Assembly: GCA_964480995.1 (NCBI GenBank)
Contig: CAYZRZ010000001.1
Location: 1-58,157 of the forward strand
Reading direction: 5' to 3'
DNA: 58,157 nucleotides
DNA from: an uncultured Christensenella sp.
Lineage (GTDB): Bacteria; Bacillota; Clostridia; Christensenellales; Aristaeellaceae
A program made the position numbers and the translations under genes. Positions 17,301 through 26,232 of the stretch are shown here, in pieces; the first letter of the stretch is position 1; each line of letters begins with the position of its first letter. Under the pieces are notes generated by a model that ran no database searches, was not told the DNA's origin, and was given only the letters and a program-made list of their open reading frames with translations.

Positions 17301-19554
17301 ATAGCATCACTTCCTCAAGGAGTTTTAGGGCAGTCTGCTTTCCATCGGAACCAATCTCGTTTTCCGGGCCGACACAGGATGGACAGCCGCGCTCGCAGCC
17401 GCATTCAGCAATGAGCTGCTTTGCGTGGCGCAGCAAGATGTCCCGCATGTGATAAGCTTTCTCAGCAAGGCCTATGCCGCCGGGACTGTTATCGTAGATG
17501 ATCAGGGTCGGCTTATCAGTAATCGGGCTTTTGACCTGATAGATCACCGCGATGTCGCGGGGAGAGCACATCAAGTACAGCGGAGCGACGATGCGCAGTG
17601 TATTGGATATGCCCAGCATGCCGTTTTGAAGGCTGTCTTTGCTATAGCGCGTGATCGTCTCGTCCCGCAGCGTCAGCCACATGGCCTGTGTATGCATATC
17701 CGTCTCCGGCAGGCGCACAGGGCCGTAGCCGAGGCTTTCGCCGGTATCAAATTTCATCTTCTTGAATATCTTGACGAGGGAACTGACCTTGATCTCGCCA
17801 AAGGCCGCGTCATTGCTTTGGAGTTCAACATCCAGCAGGCTCAGGCTGATGTTCAGATCCGCGTCCGTATAGTAGTCGACATTTACCCGGCGGATAAATG
17901 CCTTGCAAGCCTCGAAGTCAAGCGTTTCAACCTGATACTGCGCACCTTCATGCAAATAAATCGCGTTCTCGTGCAGCAGCATCGGCACCGTAAAGCGGTC
18001 CATTTCGCCTACAACGCGCACATGGGCAGGGTCCGTGATATCCATAATCAGGAAGTTCTCTGTCATGGCGCTTCGCAGGCTGATCTCACTGGCCGGGAAA
18101 TCTTCAGCCGACCAGTGCCATACATCCCCGACATGGCGCAGTATGTTTGATTCTCCAAGGAACTCCAGCATATTATCTGTACCCGGCGCGTTGCCAAAGC
18201 TTTCTCCGTCTTTAAAAGGCAGTTCGTAGGCCGCGCACTTGAAATGATTCAGCATAATATAGAGGTTGTCAGGATTCAGCAGGGCGTGCTCAGGTGACTG
18301 GCTGAAGAAATACTCGGGATGGTTGATGATGTATTGGTCGATCGCAGCGCTTGAGGCGACCATAATGGTCAGTGATTTTCCCTGTCTTCTCCCGGCTCGT
18401 CCGGCCTGCTGCCAGGTGCTGGCGATGGTGCCGGGATAACCGCACAGCAGGCAGGCGTCCAAAGCACCGATATCGATGCCAAGTTCCAGCGCGTTGGTAG
18501 ATATCACCATGTCCACCTGGCCGCTGCGCAGGCTGCGCTCGATATCACGCCTCTCTCCCGGCAGGTATCCTCCTCGGTATCCGCGCACGCGGCGTGATTG
18601 GCCCAGCTGGTCACTCACCTGCTCCTTAAGCGCTTTGGTCAATACCTCCACCTGAACCCTGCTTCTGGCAAACACAATGCTTTGAATTTTATTATCCAAC
18701 AACGTCCCCGCCAGCATCCTTGTCTGATGGAGTGAGCTTTTTCTGATGCCCAGCTGCTTGTTGATGACAGGCGGGTTGTAAAAAATGATGTGCTTTTCTC
18801 CCAGCGGCGCGCCGTTGTTGGCGATCAGTTCCACAGGCCTGCCGATCAGTGTCTGGGCAAGCTCCTGCGGGTTGGCGATCGTCGCGCTGCAGAGTATAAA
18901 CTTCGGATGGCTGCCGTAAAACGCGCACAGCCGCAAAAGCCTCCTGAGCACATTAGCCAGGTTGCTGCCGAATACGCCGCGATAGGCGTGGATCTCATCA
19001 ATGACAATATACTCAAGATTCTCAAACAGCTTGACCCACTTGGTGTGATGGGGCAATATATTTGAATGCAGCATATCCGGGTTGGTGACAACAACATGCC
19101 CGGCTTGCCGGATGGAGCGCCGGGCCGCGGCGGGTGTGTCCCCGTCGTAAGTAAACGTCTTGATGTCCGCGTCAAGCAGCTTGATCAGGTCATAGAGTTC
19201 CGCGACCTGATCCGAAGACAAGGCCTTTGTGGGGAAGAGATACAAAGCCCGCGCGTCAGGGTTTTTCAGGATGGCTGACAGCACCGGGATGTTGTAGCAC
19301 ATGGTTTTGCCCGAGGCTGTCGGGGTGACAACAACGATATCCTTGCCTTGAGCGGATGCCAGGACGGCGCTGCTCTGGTGGGTATAAAGACGTGTGATGC
19401 CGCGCCATGTCAGCGCCTGCGTGACGCGATCATCCATGCAGGCGGGGATTTCCCCATATCGAGCTTCCCTTGGAGGCAGCACTTCCCAATTGCTGACACA
19501 CGCCATGAAGGCAGGATCAGCCTTGAGGTGGTCCAGGAGCTGGTCTAAATTCAT
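17287..19554 (-). CDS. DEAD/DEAH-box helicase with C-terminal DUF1998/Zn-binding domain (YprA/MrfA-like)
   Basis: Walker A PTASGKT, DEIH box, QQAGRAGRR motif VI and a C-terminal four-Cys cluster CGCERGCPSCVG. At 755 aa it resembles B. subtilis YprA (MrfA). Confidence 0.9.
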   Translation of the reverse strand: MNLDQLLDHLKADPAFMACVSNWEVLPPREARYGEIPACMDDRVTQALTWRGITRLYTHQSSAVLASAQGKDIVVVTPTASGKTMCYNIPVLSAILKNPDARALYLFPTKALSSDQVAELYDLIKLLDADIKTFTYDGDTPAAARRSIRQAGHVVVTNPDMLHSNILPHHTKWVKLFENLEYIVIDEIHAYRGVFGSNLANVLRRLLRLCAFYGSHPKFILCSATIANPQELAQTLIGRPVELIANNGAPLGEKHIIFYNPPVINKQLGIRKSSLHQTRMLAGTLLDNKIQSIVFARSRVQVEVLTKALKEQVSDQLGQSRRVRGYRGGYLPGERRDIERSLRSGQVDMVISTNALELGIDIGALDACLLCGYPGTIASTWQQAGRAGRRQGKSLTIMVASSAAIDQYIINHPEYFFSQSPEHALLNPDNLYIMLNHFKCAAYELPFKDGESFGNAPGTDNMLEFLGESNILRHVGDVWHWSAEDFPASEISLRSAMTENFLIMDITDPAHVRVVGEMDRFTVPMLLHENAIYLHEGAQYQVETLDFEACKAFIRRVNVDYYTDADLNISLSLLDVELQSNDAAFGEIKVSSLVKIFKKMKFDTGESLGYGPVRLPETDMHTQAMWLTLRDETITRYSKDSLQNGMLGISNTLRIVAPLYLMCSPRDIAVIYQVKSPITDKPTLIIYDNSPGGIGLAEKAYHMRDILLRHAKQLIAECGCERGCPSCVGPENEIGSDGKQTALKLLEEVMLYERS

Positions 19555-19563
19555 ATATGCGTT

Positions 19564-20388
19564 TTATAGCTTTCCGCCGCGTCCGCCGTAGGAGCGCCCG
19601 CTGCTGCTGTTAAACCGCGCGCCGCCGCTTCCGCCGCCGCCGCTTGAATTATTGCTCTGTATTTTCGTGCGGCTCACGGTCTGGTACAGGTAGATGTCAC
19701 TTGTATTGCGAAGCCGGAGTGAGCTTGGCGAGGTGTAGCTCTGCGCGCCTCCCTGAGGCTTGGCCAGGTTCATTTTCCCCCGCATCACGAAGGCAGCGGC
19801 AAAACCGATCGCGATCCCGCCAATCAGCATAAAGGGCAGCAGACCGGCGGATTCCGCCATAGCCTCTGAAAAGGTAGGAAGGCGGGGCGTTGTGCTTAAG
19901 ATCCGCTTCCCTCCCTCTCCCGGCGTGCTGTGATGGGAAAGTGTCTTTTCTGCCGCGTCCAGGTAAGCGTTCATCGCGCCGTAGTAATCTCGTTCATCCA
20001 GGTAAGGGCGCAGCAGGCTGTCCAGCGCGCCTTCGCCCTGATCGGAGAACAGTTCCATCCCCATGCCGCGGGTTGCTTCATAATATTCCCCGATATCAAA
20101 ATTGAACGAGAAAATCAGGCCGTTGGGATATGCGTCATAATCACGGAACTCATCATAGAAATCTGCGGCATACATCTGTGCTGTCTGGCCGCGCGAGTCT
20201 CTGGTGGTAACGATCACCGTATCAAAGCCGTAGATATCGTATATCCCGGTCATCCTCGCCTCGAGCTTTTCGATCTCTTGGGCGGTAAAGGTGTTTGCCT
20301 GGTCAGCTACATGCTTCATGACATCCGCCTGGGCGGCGGATGAGAACAGAACAAGGAGGATTAACAGCGCTATACTGAGTTTTTTCAT
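19564..20388 (-). CDS. TPM-domain membrane protein with Gly-rich tail (YdjH/YgcG-like)
   Basis: A signal peptide MKKLSIALLILLVLFSSAAQA, a TPM-like VADQANTFTAQEIEKLE...VIVTT, a C-terminal TM helix and a GGGGSGG...GGRGG tail. ATG 20388 is chosen because the longer ORF-track start overlaps the upstream gene. Confidence 0.8.
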   Translation of the reverse strand: MKKLSIALLILLVLFSSAAQADVMKHVADQANTFTAQEIEKLEARMTGIYDIYGFDTVIVTTRDSRGQTAQMYAADFYDEFRDYDAYPNGLIFSFNFDIGEYYEATRGMGMELFSDQGEGALDSLLRPYLDERDYYGAMNAYLDAAEKTLSHHSTPGEGGKRILSTTPRLPTFSEAMAESAGLLPFMLIGGIAIGFAAAFVMRGKMNLAKPQGGAQSYTSPSSLRLRNTSDIYLYQTVSRTKIQSNNSSGGGGSGGARFNSSSGRSYGGRGGKL

Positions 20389-20390
20389 TG

Positions 20391-21482
20391 TTATAGTACC
20401 CCCGTCTTGTACAGTATGGTCACGCATGCAAATGCGGCTGCCGCAACGCCCGCCGTGATGCCCAGCGCCCATCCGAAGAATTTGCCCTTGGAGTAGGGGA
20501 TATTGGTTGTCAGTTTGCCCGTCTGCCCGTTGATGGCGAATGTGTAGGGCTTTCCCTCCTTGATGGTGGTGATCTGCCACATGGGGAACAGAACGGGGGT
20601 TGAGTTTCCCTCGGGGATGCTCAGCCTGCTGCTGCGCTGGGATACGGAACTGTAGCCCTGGACAGTATCACGCATGACGCTTTGAGTTGTATTCGTGATA
20701 CGCTCGTCAGCCCTCTGCTTGCATTCGTCCGGGCTGACGTCGGCCCGGTTGGCCATTGCGCCGGAGAGTACCTCGGGGGTGAAATCAACGGCCGCCTCCG
20801 TCCGGTAGGGCTCCAGGGTTTCTGTGATGTCATTATCAATGCGGCTGTTGGCATCGATCGGCAGATCGTTAAAATCAAGAGTGCCTGACCGCCGGATGAG
20901 GTAGTGCTGCGTGATGGTCTCCATGTACTGACCGGAGCGCCGGGTACTGACGCGCGTGGCGTTATAGGTCATATCCGCGTCAGCCGTACAGTTAAAAAGC
21001 CAATAAGGCACATACAGCTGCATAATCTGGCTGATCTGGTTTTTTCCCTTTAAAAAAGCATTCGGCAGCATCCTCTTTCCCCGGAAATAACTATGAAACG
21101 CCTTTTCAGCTTCTTCTTTTTTGACAATGAAGGGAAGGACCTTTTCAGGTCTGGTGCCGGGTGTGAACTGCGCTGGAATGATGGAAGGGCTGCCGCAGAA
21201 AGCGCAATTGGTCGCGACCGTGGTTTCTTCCGTGACCAGCTGAGCGCCGCATGAGGTACAGGAATAAGTCTTGGTCCGCTCGGCTTCCTGCCGGGTAAAC
21301 TCAACATCGCGCATATTCCAGTTGGTGCTGCCGCCGCCTTGGCTTTCATCTATCTCAGAAACCTGGCGGGCTGTCTCCACAGAGAAGGAGTTTCCGCAGC
21401 TGTTGCATTGAAGCGCTTGCGTATCTCCCTGATAAATCAAGGGAGCGCCGCAGGATGGGCATTTATAGGTTAATGTTGACAT
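20391..21482 (-). CDS. Double zinc-ribbon membrane-anchored protein (YdjG-like)
   Basis: Two zinc ribbons, CPSCG...CNSCG and CTSCG...CAFCG, plus a C-terminal TM helix. SD GGAGG lies 7 nt upstream of ATG 21482. Confidence 0.75.
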   Translation of the reverse strand: MSTLTYKCPSCGAPLIYQGDTQALQCNSCGNSFSVETARQVSEIDESQGGGSTNWNMRDVEFTRQEAERTKTYSCTSCGAQLVTEETTVATNCAFCGSPSIIPAQFTPGTRPEKVLPFIVKKEEAEKAFHSYFRGKRMLPNAFLKGKNQISQIMQLYVPYWLFNCTADADMTYNATRVSTRRSGQYMETITQHYLIRRSGTLDFNDLPIDANSRIDNDITETLEPYRTEAAVDFTPEVLSGAMANRADVSPDECKQRADERITNTTQSVMRDTVQGYSSVSQRSSRLSIPEGNSTPVLFPMWQITTIKEGKPYTFAINGQTGKLTTNIPYSKGKFFGWALGITAGVAAAAFACVTILYKTGVL

Positions 21483-21517
21483 GCGTGGCCTCCATTTCTG
21501 TGTTGTTTTGCACTTGT

Positions 21518-21546
21518 ATATTACATGCAAACACCATTTTTGTAAA
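21518..21546 (-). promoter_or_regulatory. Putative sigma-A promoter of the minus-strand five-gene block
   Basis: On the minus strand, TTTACA (21546-21541) and TAATAT (21523-21518) are separated by a 17-nt spacer, about 35 nt upstream of ATG 21482. Confidence 0.5.
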
Positions 21547-21583
21547 CAAGGCGCGGGTATAATGCATATGTATCTTCAGCTGC

Positions 21584-21612
21584 TTGCAACCCGCGCAAAA
21601 GTATGGTAGAAT
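21584..21612 (+). promoter_or_regulatory. Putative sigma-A promoter of the ctsR operon
   Basis: TTGCAA at 21584-21589 and TAGAAT at 21607-21612 with a 17-nt spacer. TG at 21604-21605 gives an extended -10. Confidence 0.6.
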
Positions 21613-21618
21613 TTGGTT

Positions 21619-21635
21619 AGTCAAAGAAGGTCAGA
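21619..21635 (+). promoter_or_regulatory. CtsR operator (tandem heptad direct repeat)
   Basis: AGTCAAAGAAGGTCAGA compares with the published consensus (A/G)GTCAAAnAn(A/G)GTCAAA, with one mismatch. It lies just downstream of the -10, as in other ctsR/clpC operons. Confidence 0.75.
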
Positions 21636-21662
21636 ACTTTTTTGACGGTGAACGGAGGACAT

Positions 21663-22133
21663 ATGCGGCTAAGTGATACGATTGAAGAATTTATCAAAAT
21701 GATGATGGCACAGGATGAGGAAGAGATTGAACTCAAGCGCAATGAACTGGCTGAATATTTCAGCTGCGCGCCTTCGCAGATAAACTATGTGCTGTCTACC
21801 CGTTTTACACCGGATCACGGGTATGTGATAGAATCCAGACGGGGAGGCGGCGGATGCATCCGCGTTATCCGCCTGCGGCGGGGATCAGGCGAGATGATCA
21901 ACTATTTGCTCAGTGAACGCATCGGTGAGTCGATAGACCTGAAAACAGCCGAAATTTTGCTTCGCCAGCTGGCGGAGCAGGAAAAGATCACCACAGACGA
22001 GGCGGAACTGATGTATTCGGCGCTCACGCCTCAGGCCTTGTCGGTGCCTATCCCCGAATCACTCAAGGACAATATGCGTGCGAAGATCCTGCGCAGTATG
22101 CTGCTGAAAGCCGCGCGCAAGGCGATCGCCTGA
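21663..22133 (+). CDS. ctsR: Class III stress gene repressor CtsR
   Basis: LSDTIEEFIK...CAPSQINYVLSTRFTPDHGYVIESRRGGGGCIRV, including the Gly-rich loop, is diagnostic for CtsR. SD GGAGGA at 21654-21659. Confidence 0.93.
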   Translation: MRLSDTIEEFIKMMMAQDEEEIELKRNELAEYFSCAPSQINYVLSTRFTPDHGYVIESRRGGGGCIRVIRLRRGSGEMINYLLSERIGESIDLKTAEILLRQLAEQEKITTDEAELMYSALTPQALSVPIPESLKDNMRAKILRSMLLKAARKAIA

Positions 22134-22146
22134 CAGGAGGTACAAT

Positions 22147-22680
22147 ATGAAGTGTGATGGCTGCAAAAAGAATGAGGCTCACCTTGTTTTGCACATGATT
22201 ACAAACGGGCAGGTGGCGACCAGGTCACTGTGCATGGAATGCGCGAAAAAGGCCCACGAAGAGATGACGCAGGCTTTCTCAACCATGGGCATGACCATGG
22301 CGGGATTGGATGACATGCGTCCAGAGAACATTGAAACCCAGCACGAGAGCCTTCAACTCCCGCGGATGATATGCGCCTCGTGCAGGACTGCGTACGATGA
22401 TATAGGCCATGACACGGTCTTTGGTTGTCCGCAGTGCTATCAAGCCTTCCACAGCCAGGTGATCGATTACCTTTCATCTCTCAAGGAGCAGGAACAACCG
22501 GTTCGCGCGGCTACAGAGCCGATTCATATGGACCCGGCTCCTGTAACAGAAAGCGATCTGCGCGAGCGGCTGAACGAAGCGCTGAAAGCAGAGGACTATG
22601 AGCAGGCTGCCAGCCTGAGGGACCGGCTGATGGAAGGCATAAGCGCGAAGGAAGGCGGCGCAGGCGAAGCTGATGAATGA
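22147..22680 (+). CDS. mcsA: McsA-like zinc-finger/UVR-domain adaptor
   Basis: Four CxxC pairs (CDGC, CMEC, CASC, CPQC) plus the UVR motif LNEALKAEDYEQAASLRDRL. It sits between ctsR and mcsB. Confidence 0.85.
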   Translation: MKCDGCKKNEAHLVLHMITNGQVATRSLCMECAKKAHEEMTQAFSTMGMTMAGLDDMRPENIETQHESLQLPRMICASCRTAYDDIGHDTVFGCPQCYQAFHSQVIDYLSSLKEQEQPVRAATEPIHMDPAPVTESDLRERLNEALKAEDYEQAASLRDRLMEGISAKEGGAGEADE

Positions 22681-23662
22681 TAATGTCATGCGCTGCCATG
22701 TAGATTTACGCAGGAACTTTGCAGCTTATCCCTTTGAAAGCACGATGCTTGAATCCGACAGGCACGAATTGACAAATCGTGTGATCAGCGCCATGGATGA
22801 GCAGGAAGAGACATGGATACTTTATACCGCAGGCGAATTGGACGCGAAGGCAAAGACCATGCTTGAGGATTTTGACCTTGTAGAAAGCGATTGGATGCAG
22901 AACAAGGCGATTTCACTGCTGATCAGAAATGACCATTCAGCGCTTGTGTGTCTTCATGAGCAGGATCATGTTCTGATCAGGGTAGCAGCTGACCCACGGG
23001 ATTCACTGCCTGCGATCAGAATGGCAAAGGGGATCGCAAAGGTGCTTTCGGAGGCTTCGGCTTTTGCCAGGGATGAGCGAATCGGCTGGCTGACCGCCAA
23101 GCCTCAGCATGCCGGGACCGGTGTCCAGATCAGTTTCATGCTGCATTTGCCGATGCTGGTCATGATGCAGCAGATTAAGGCTGTTGAGCAGAAAACAAAC
23201 GCAACCCGCGGATTTTTTCTTCGCGCCTGCGGTCCTGAAGAAAAAAATCCTGGTTCGCTTTATTGCCTGAGCAACCTTTTTACGGCTTACAGCAGTTCTG
23301 AATTGCTGAGCAATTCCGTCAAGCAGGCGGCGGAGGAGATCTGCGCCAAAGAAGAAAACCTGCGCCGAAAGGTGCTTAAGTATGCCTCCCGTTCCATCTA
23401 CCTGGACCAGATCTATCGTGCCTGGGGCACTCTGCTGTATGCCCGAAGGCTGACGCGGGCGGAATTCTTAGCGTGTTGGTCAAAGGCTCGCCTTGGTGCC
23501 TGCGCCGGGCTTCTGCCGACGGATATACAGTCAATTGATTCGCTGCTTGATCTGACAAGCAAATCAAAGCTGATTGAACAGACGGATGGTATTTTTGATG
23601 AGCACGCCATCCACTTTAACCGCGCTGACGCCGTGAGGGCAGCGCTTCATGGAGGGATATAA
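22673..23662 (+). CDS. mcsB: ATP:guanido phosphotransferase-fold protein, divergent McsB homologue
   Basis: The operon position and overall similarity fit (VDLRRNFAAYPF, HEQDHVLIRV, GTGVQISFMLHLP). Several signature residues are substituted (see findings). At 329 aa it is shorter than typical McsB. Confidence 0.75.
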   Translation: MNDNVMRCHVDLRRNFAAYPFESTMLESDRHELTNRVISAMDEQEETWILYTAGELDAKAKTMLEDFDLVESDWMQNKAISLLIRNDHSALVCLHEQDHVLIRVAADPRDSLPAIRMAKGIAKVLSEASAFARDERIGWLTAKPQHAGTGVQISFMLHLPMLVMMQQIKAVEQKTNATRGFFLRACGPEEKNPGSLYCLSNLFTAYSSSELLSNSVKQAAEEICAKEENLRRKVLKYASRSIYLDQIYRAWGTLLYARRLTRAEFLACWSKARLGACAGLLPTDIQSIDSLLDLTSKSKLIEQTDGIFDEHAIHFNRADAVRAALHGGI

Positions 23663-26118
23663 TGCCTATTTTCGGTAAGTTTGATGAAAATGCCCGGCGC
23701 GCTGTTGACGCGGCGCGCAATTCGGCCATATCTTTAAAGCATCGGTATATCGGCACCGAGCATCTGCTTTGCGGCCTGCTAAAGGAAGCAAGGGACGACG
23801 CGCCAAGTTTGCCCAAGAATCTGACGCTGGCATCCGTACAGTATACGATTACCCAGCTTGTTGCTCAGGAAAGTCAAGCGCCTCAGATGCTTGAATTGTC
23901 CAATAAGATGCGCAAGGTGCTGGAGGACAGCGTCTATGAGGCGCAGCGGATGGGCTCACAATCGGTTTCCGGAACCCATTTGTGGATGGCTTTGCTGTCC
24001 CAGGAAGACTGCACTGCCGTCCGTGTGCTCAATATCCTGGGCTGTGAGGTGGAAAGCATCCGCGCGGGGGTGATTGAGGCGCACATGAATAAAGAAGCTG
24101 TCGCTGACGCGGATGGGGAGCAGAAAGTGCTGTCCAAGTTCAGCCGTGATCTGACTCAAATGGCCCGGGAAGGCAAGGTAGATCCTGTCATCGGCCGCGA
24201 GAAGGAGATCGAGCGCATCGTGCAGATCCTCTCCCGCAGAACAAAAAACAACCCCGTTTTGATCGGCGAACCCGGTGTAGGGAAAAGCGCTGTGGCGGAG
24301 GGCCTTGCCCAGAGAATCGTCAATGGCGATATACCCTCCATGCTTCAAAATAAAAGGCTGGTCTCATTGGATATCGGCAGCCTGGTCGCGGGGACCAAGT
24401 ACCGCGGCGAGTTTGAGGAGCGCATGAAGGCTATTATTGAGGAACTGCGTGACGATACGTCGATCATTCTTTTTATCGATGAGCTTCAGAACATTATCGG
24501 TGCCGGAAAGGCGGAGGGCAGCATTGACGCTGCAGGCATCCTGAAGCCTGCATTGGCGAGGGGTGAACTGCAGTGCATCGGCGCGACCACATTGGCTGAT
24601 TACCGCAAGCACATTGAAAAGGATGCAGCACTCTCCCGCCGCTTCCAGCCCGTGAAAGTGGATCAGCCCAGTCCCGAGGAGGCTCTTGAGATCCTCAAGG
24701 GCCTGCGCAGCCGCTATGAAGATCATCATCACGTGGTGCTGACGGACGAAGCCCTGGATGCCGCCGTCCAACTGTCCAACCGTTATATCAGCGACCGATT
24801 CCTGCCGGATAAAGCTGTTGACCTGATGGATGAGGCCGCGTCGCGCGTGCGCATCCGCAGCACGGCAGCGCAGCTCGATCTGAAAGCCCAGGAGGAGAGC
24901 CTTGCCCAGCTGAAGGCTAAAAAGCTGGAAGCGATTGAACATCAGAATTATGAACTGGCCGCGGACTTCAGGGATCAGGAACGAAAGCTGCGCCAGGAAA
25001 TGGATGATCTGCGCAATACCTGGAAGAAGGAACAGGCGGACTTCAGGCCTGAGGTCACGGAAGATGACATCGCGCAGATCGTCGCGGGCTGGACGGGTAT
25101 TCCGGTGCAGCGCATGTCAATGGCCGAAGGTGAAAAGCTTTTGAAGCTTGAGGAAGCCCTGCATCTGCGCATGGTGGGACAGGATGAGGCTGTCAGCTCA
25201 GTCAGCCGCTCCATCCGCCGCTCGCGCGCGGGACTTCAGGATCCCAAGCGGCCTATCGGCTCATTCATCTTTCTGGGACCTACGGGTGTCGGAAAGACAG
25301 AACTGTGCCGTGCCCTTGGCGAAGCCATGTTCGGCGATGAAGACGCGCTGATCCGCCTGGATATGAGCGAATATATGGAAAAGCACGCTGCCTCGCGCAT
25401 GGTGGGTTCGCCTCCCGGTTATGTTGGGTTTGAGGAGGGCGGTCAGCTGACTGAAGCAGTCCGCCGCAAGCCTTACAGCGTCGTGCTGTTTGATGAGATC
25501 GAAAAGGCGCACCCGGATGTATTTAACATGCTGCTGCAGATCCTGGAGGACGGACGACTGACGGATAGCATGGGGCGCGTGACCAGCTTTAAAAATTGCA
25601 TAATCGTCATGACGAGCAATGCGGGCGCTCAGCGCATTATCGGCGGCAAAACCATGGGTTTTGGCACCGATGCCGATAAGCTGCTTGACTACCCTGAAAT
25701 GCAGCGCCGCGTGATGGATGAGGTAAAGCGGATGTTCCGCCCCGAGTTCATCAACCGTGTGGACGAATTGATCGTATTCCATCCGCTGACCGCGGACAAT
25801 ATCCGCAGCATTACCGGCCTGATGGTGGCCCAGGTGTCAAAGCGCCTGAAGGAGAACTCCGGTGTCGTCTTGACGCTTGACGCTGCCGCGCTTGATAAAC
25901 TGGCCAAGGACGGCTATGACCCGCTATATGGCGCGCGTCCCCTGCGCAGAGTGATTCAGCGGCAGATCGAGGATGCGCTGAGCGAAGAAGTGATTGCCGG
26001 GAAGCTTAAGGCAGGGGATACACTCCTTGGCAGGATGAAGGACGATAAGCTGGTGTTTGAGGCTGTCAGCCCCGATCATCAGGAGCACAAGGAGCTTGAG
26101 CCTGTCGCCGGCGTATAA
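23662..26118 (+). CDS. clpC: ATP-dependent Clp protease ATP-binding subunit ClpC
   Basis: Clp N-domain repeats, two AAA+ modules ([16 protein letters not shown]) and a UVR-like linker ([12 protein letters not shown]). The start overlaps the mcsB stop (TAATG). Confidence 0.95.
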   Translation: MPIFGKFDENARRAVDAARNSAISLKHRYIGTEHLLCGLLKEARDDAPSLPKNLTLASVQYTITQLVAQESQAPQMLELSNKMRKVLEDSVYEAQRMGSQSVSGTHLWMALLSQEDCTAVRVLNILGCEVESIRAGVIEAHMNKEAVADADGEQKVLSKFSRDLTQMAREGKVDPVIGREKEIERIVQILSRRTKNNPVLIGEPGVGKSAVAEGLAQRIVNGDIPSMLQNKRLVSLDIGSLVAGTKYRGEFEERMKAIIEELRDDTSIILFIDELQNIIGAGKAEGSIDAAGILKPALARGELQCIGATTLADYRKHIEKDAALSRRFQPVKVDQPSPEEALEILKGLRSRYEDHHHVVLTDEALDAAVQLSNRYISDRFLPDKAVDLMDEAASRVRIRSTAAQLDLKAQEESLAQLKAKKLEAIEHQNYELAADFRDQERKLRQEMDDLRNTWKKEQADFRPEVTEDDIAQIVAGWTGIPVQRMSMAEGEKLLKLEEALHLRMVGQDEAVSSVSRSIRRSRAGLQDPKRPIGSFIFLGPTGVGKTELCRALGEAMFGDEDALIRLDMSEYMEKHAASRMVGSPPGYVGFEEGGQLTEAVRRKPYSVVLFDEIEKAHPDVFNMLLQILEDGRLTDSMGRVTSFKNCIIVMTSNAGAQRIIGGKTMGFGTDADKLLDYPEMQRRVMDEVKRMFRPEFINRVDELIVFHPLTADNIRSITGLMVAQVSKRLKENSGVVLTLDAAALDKLAKDGYDPLYGARPLRRVIQRQIEDALSEEVIAGKLKAGDTLLGRMKDDKLVFEAVSPDHQEHKELEPVAGV

Positions 26119-26132
26119 GCACAATACTGGCT

Positions 26133-26163
26133 GCAAAACCCGCTCATTTGGGGCGGGTTTTGC
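26133..26163 (+). terminator. Terminator-like hairpin after clpC
   Basis: GCAAAACCCGC (26133-26143) pairs with GCGGGTTTTGC (26153-26163). The U-tract is only partly present, inside the descending arm. Confidence 0.5.
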
Positions 26164-26175
26164 ATTGGTGCTTGC

Positions 26176-26204
26176 TTGACCTTGATGAACGCTGACCGTA
26201 TAAT
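26176..26204 (+). promoter_or_regulatory. Putative sigma-A promoter of metG-tatD
   Basis: TTGACC at 26176-26181 and TATAAT at 26199-26204 with a 17-nt spacer. Confidence 0.6.
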
Positions 26205-26232
26205 GGCTGTGTTTGAAATGGAGGGATATCAG

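Noticed and set aside
17287-19554. DUF1998-containing helicase as part of a DISARM-like or other anti-phage defence system.
   Set aside because: It is a single-polypeptide YprA/MrfA-type architecture. The neighbourhood has no methyltransferase, PLD nuclease, DrmB/C-like genes or mobile-element signatures, so it looks chromosomal housekeeping.
26164-26232. T-box or other leader in front of metG.
   Set aside because: Only about 30 nt lie between the predicted -10 and the SD. There is no T-box sequence, no Stem I elements and no terminator.
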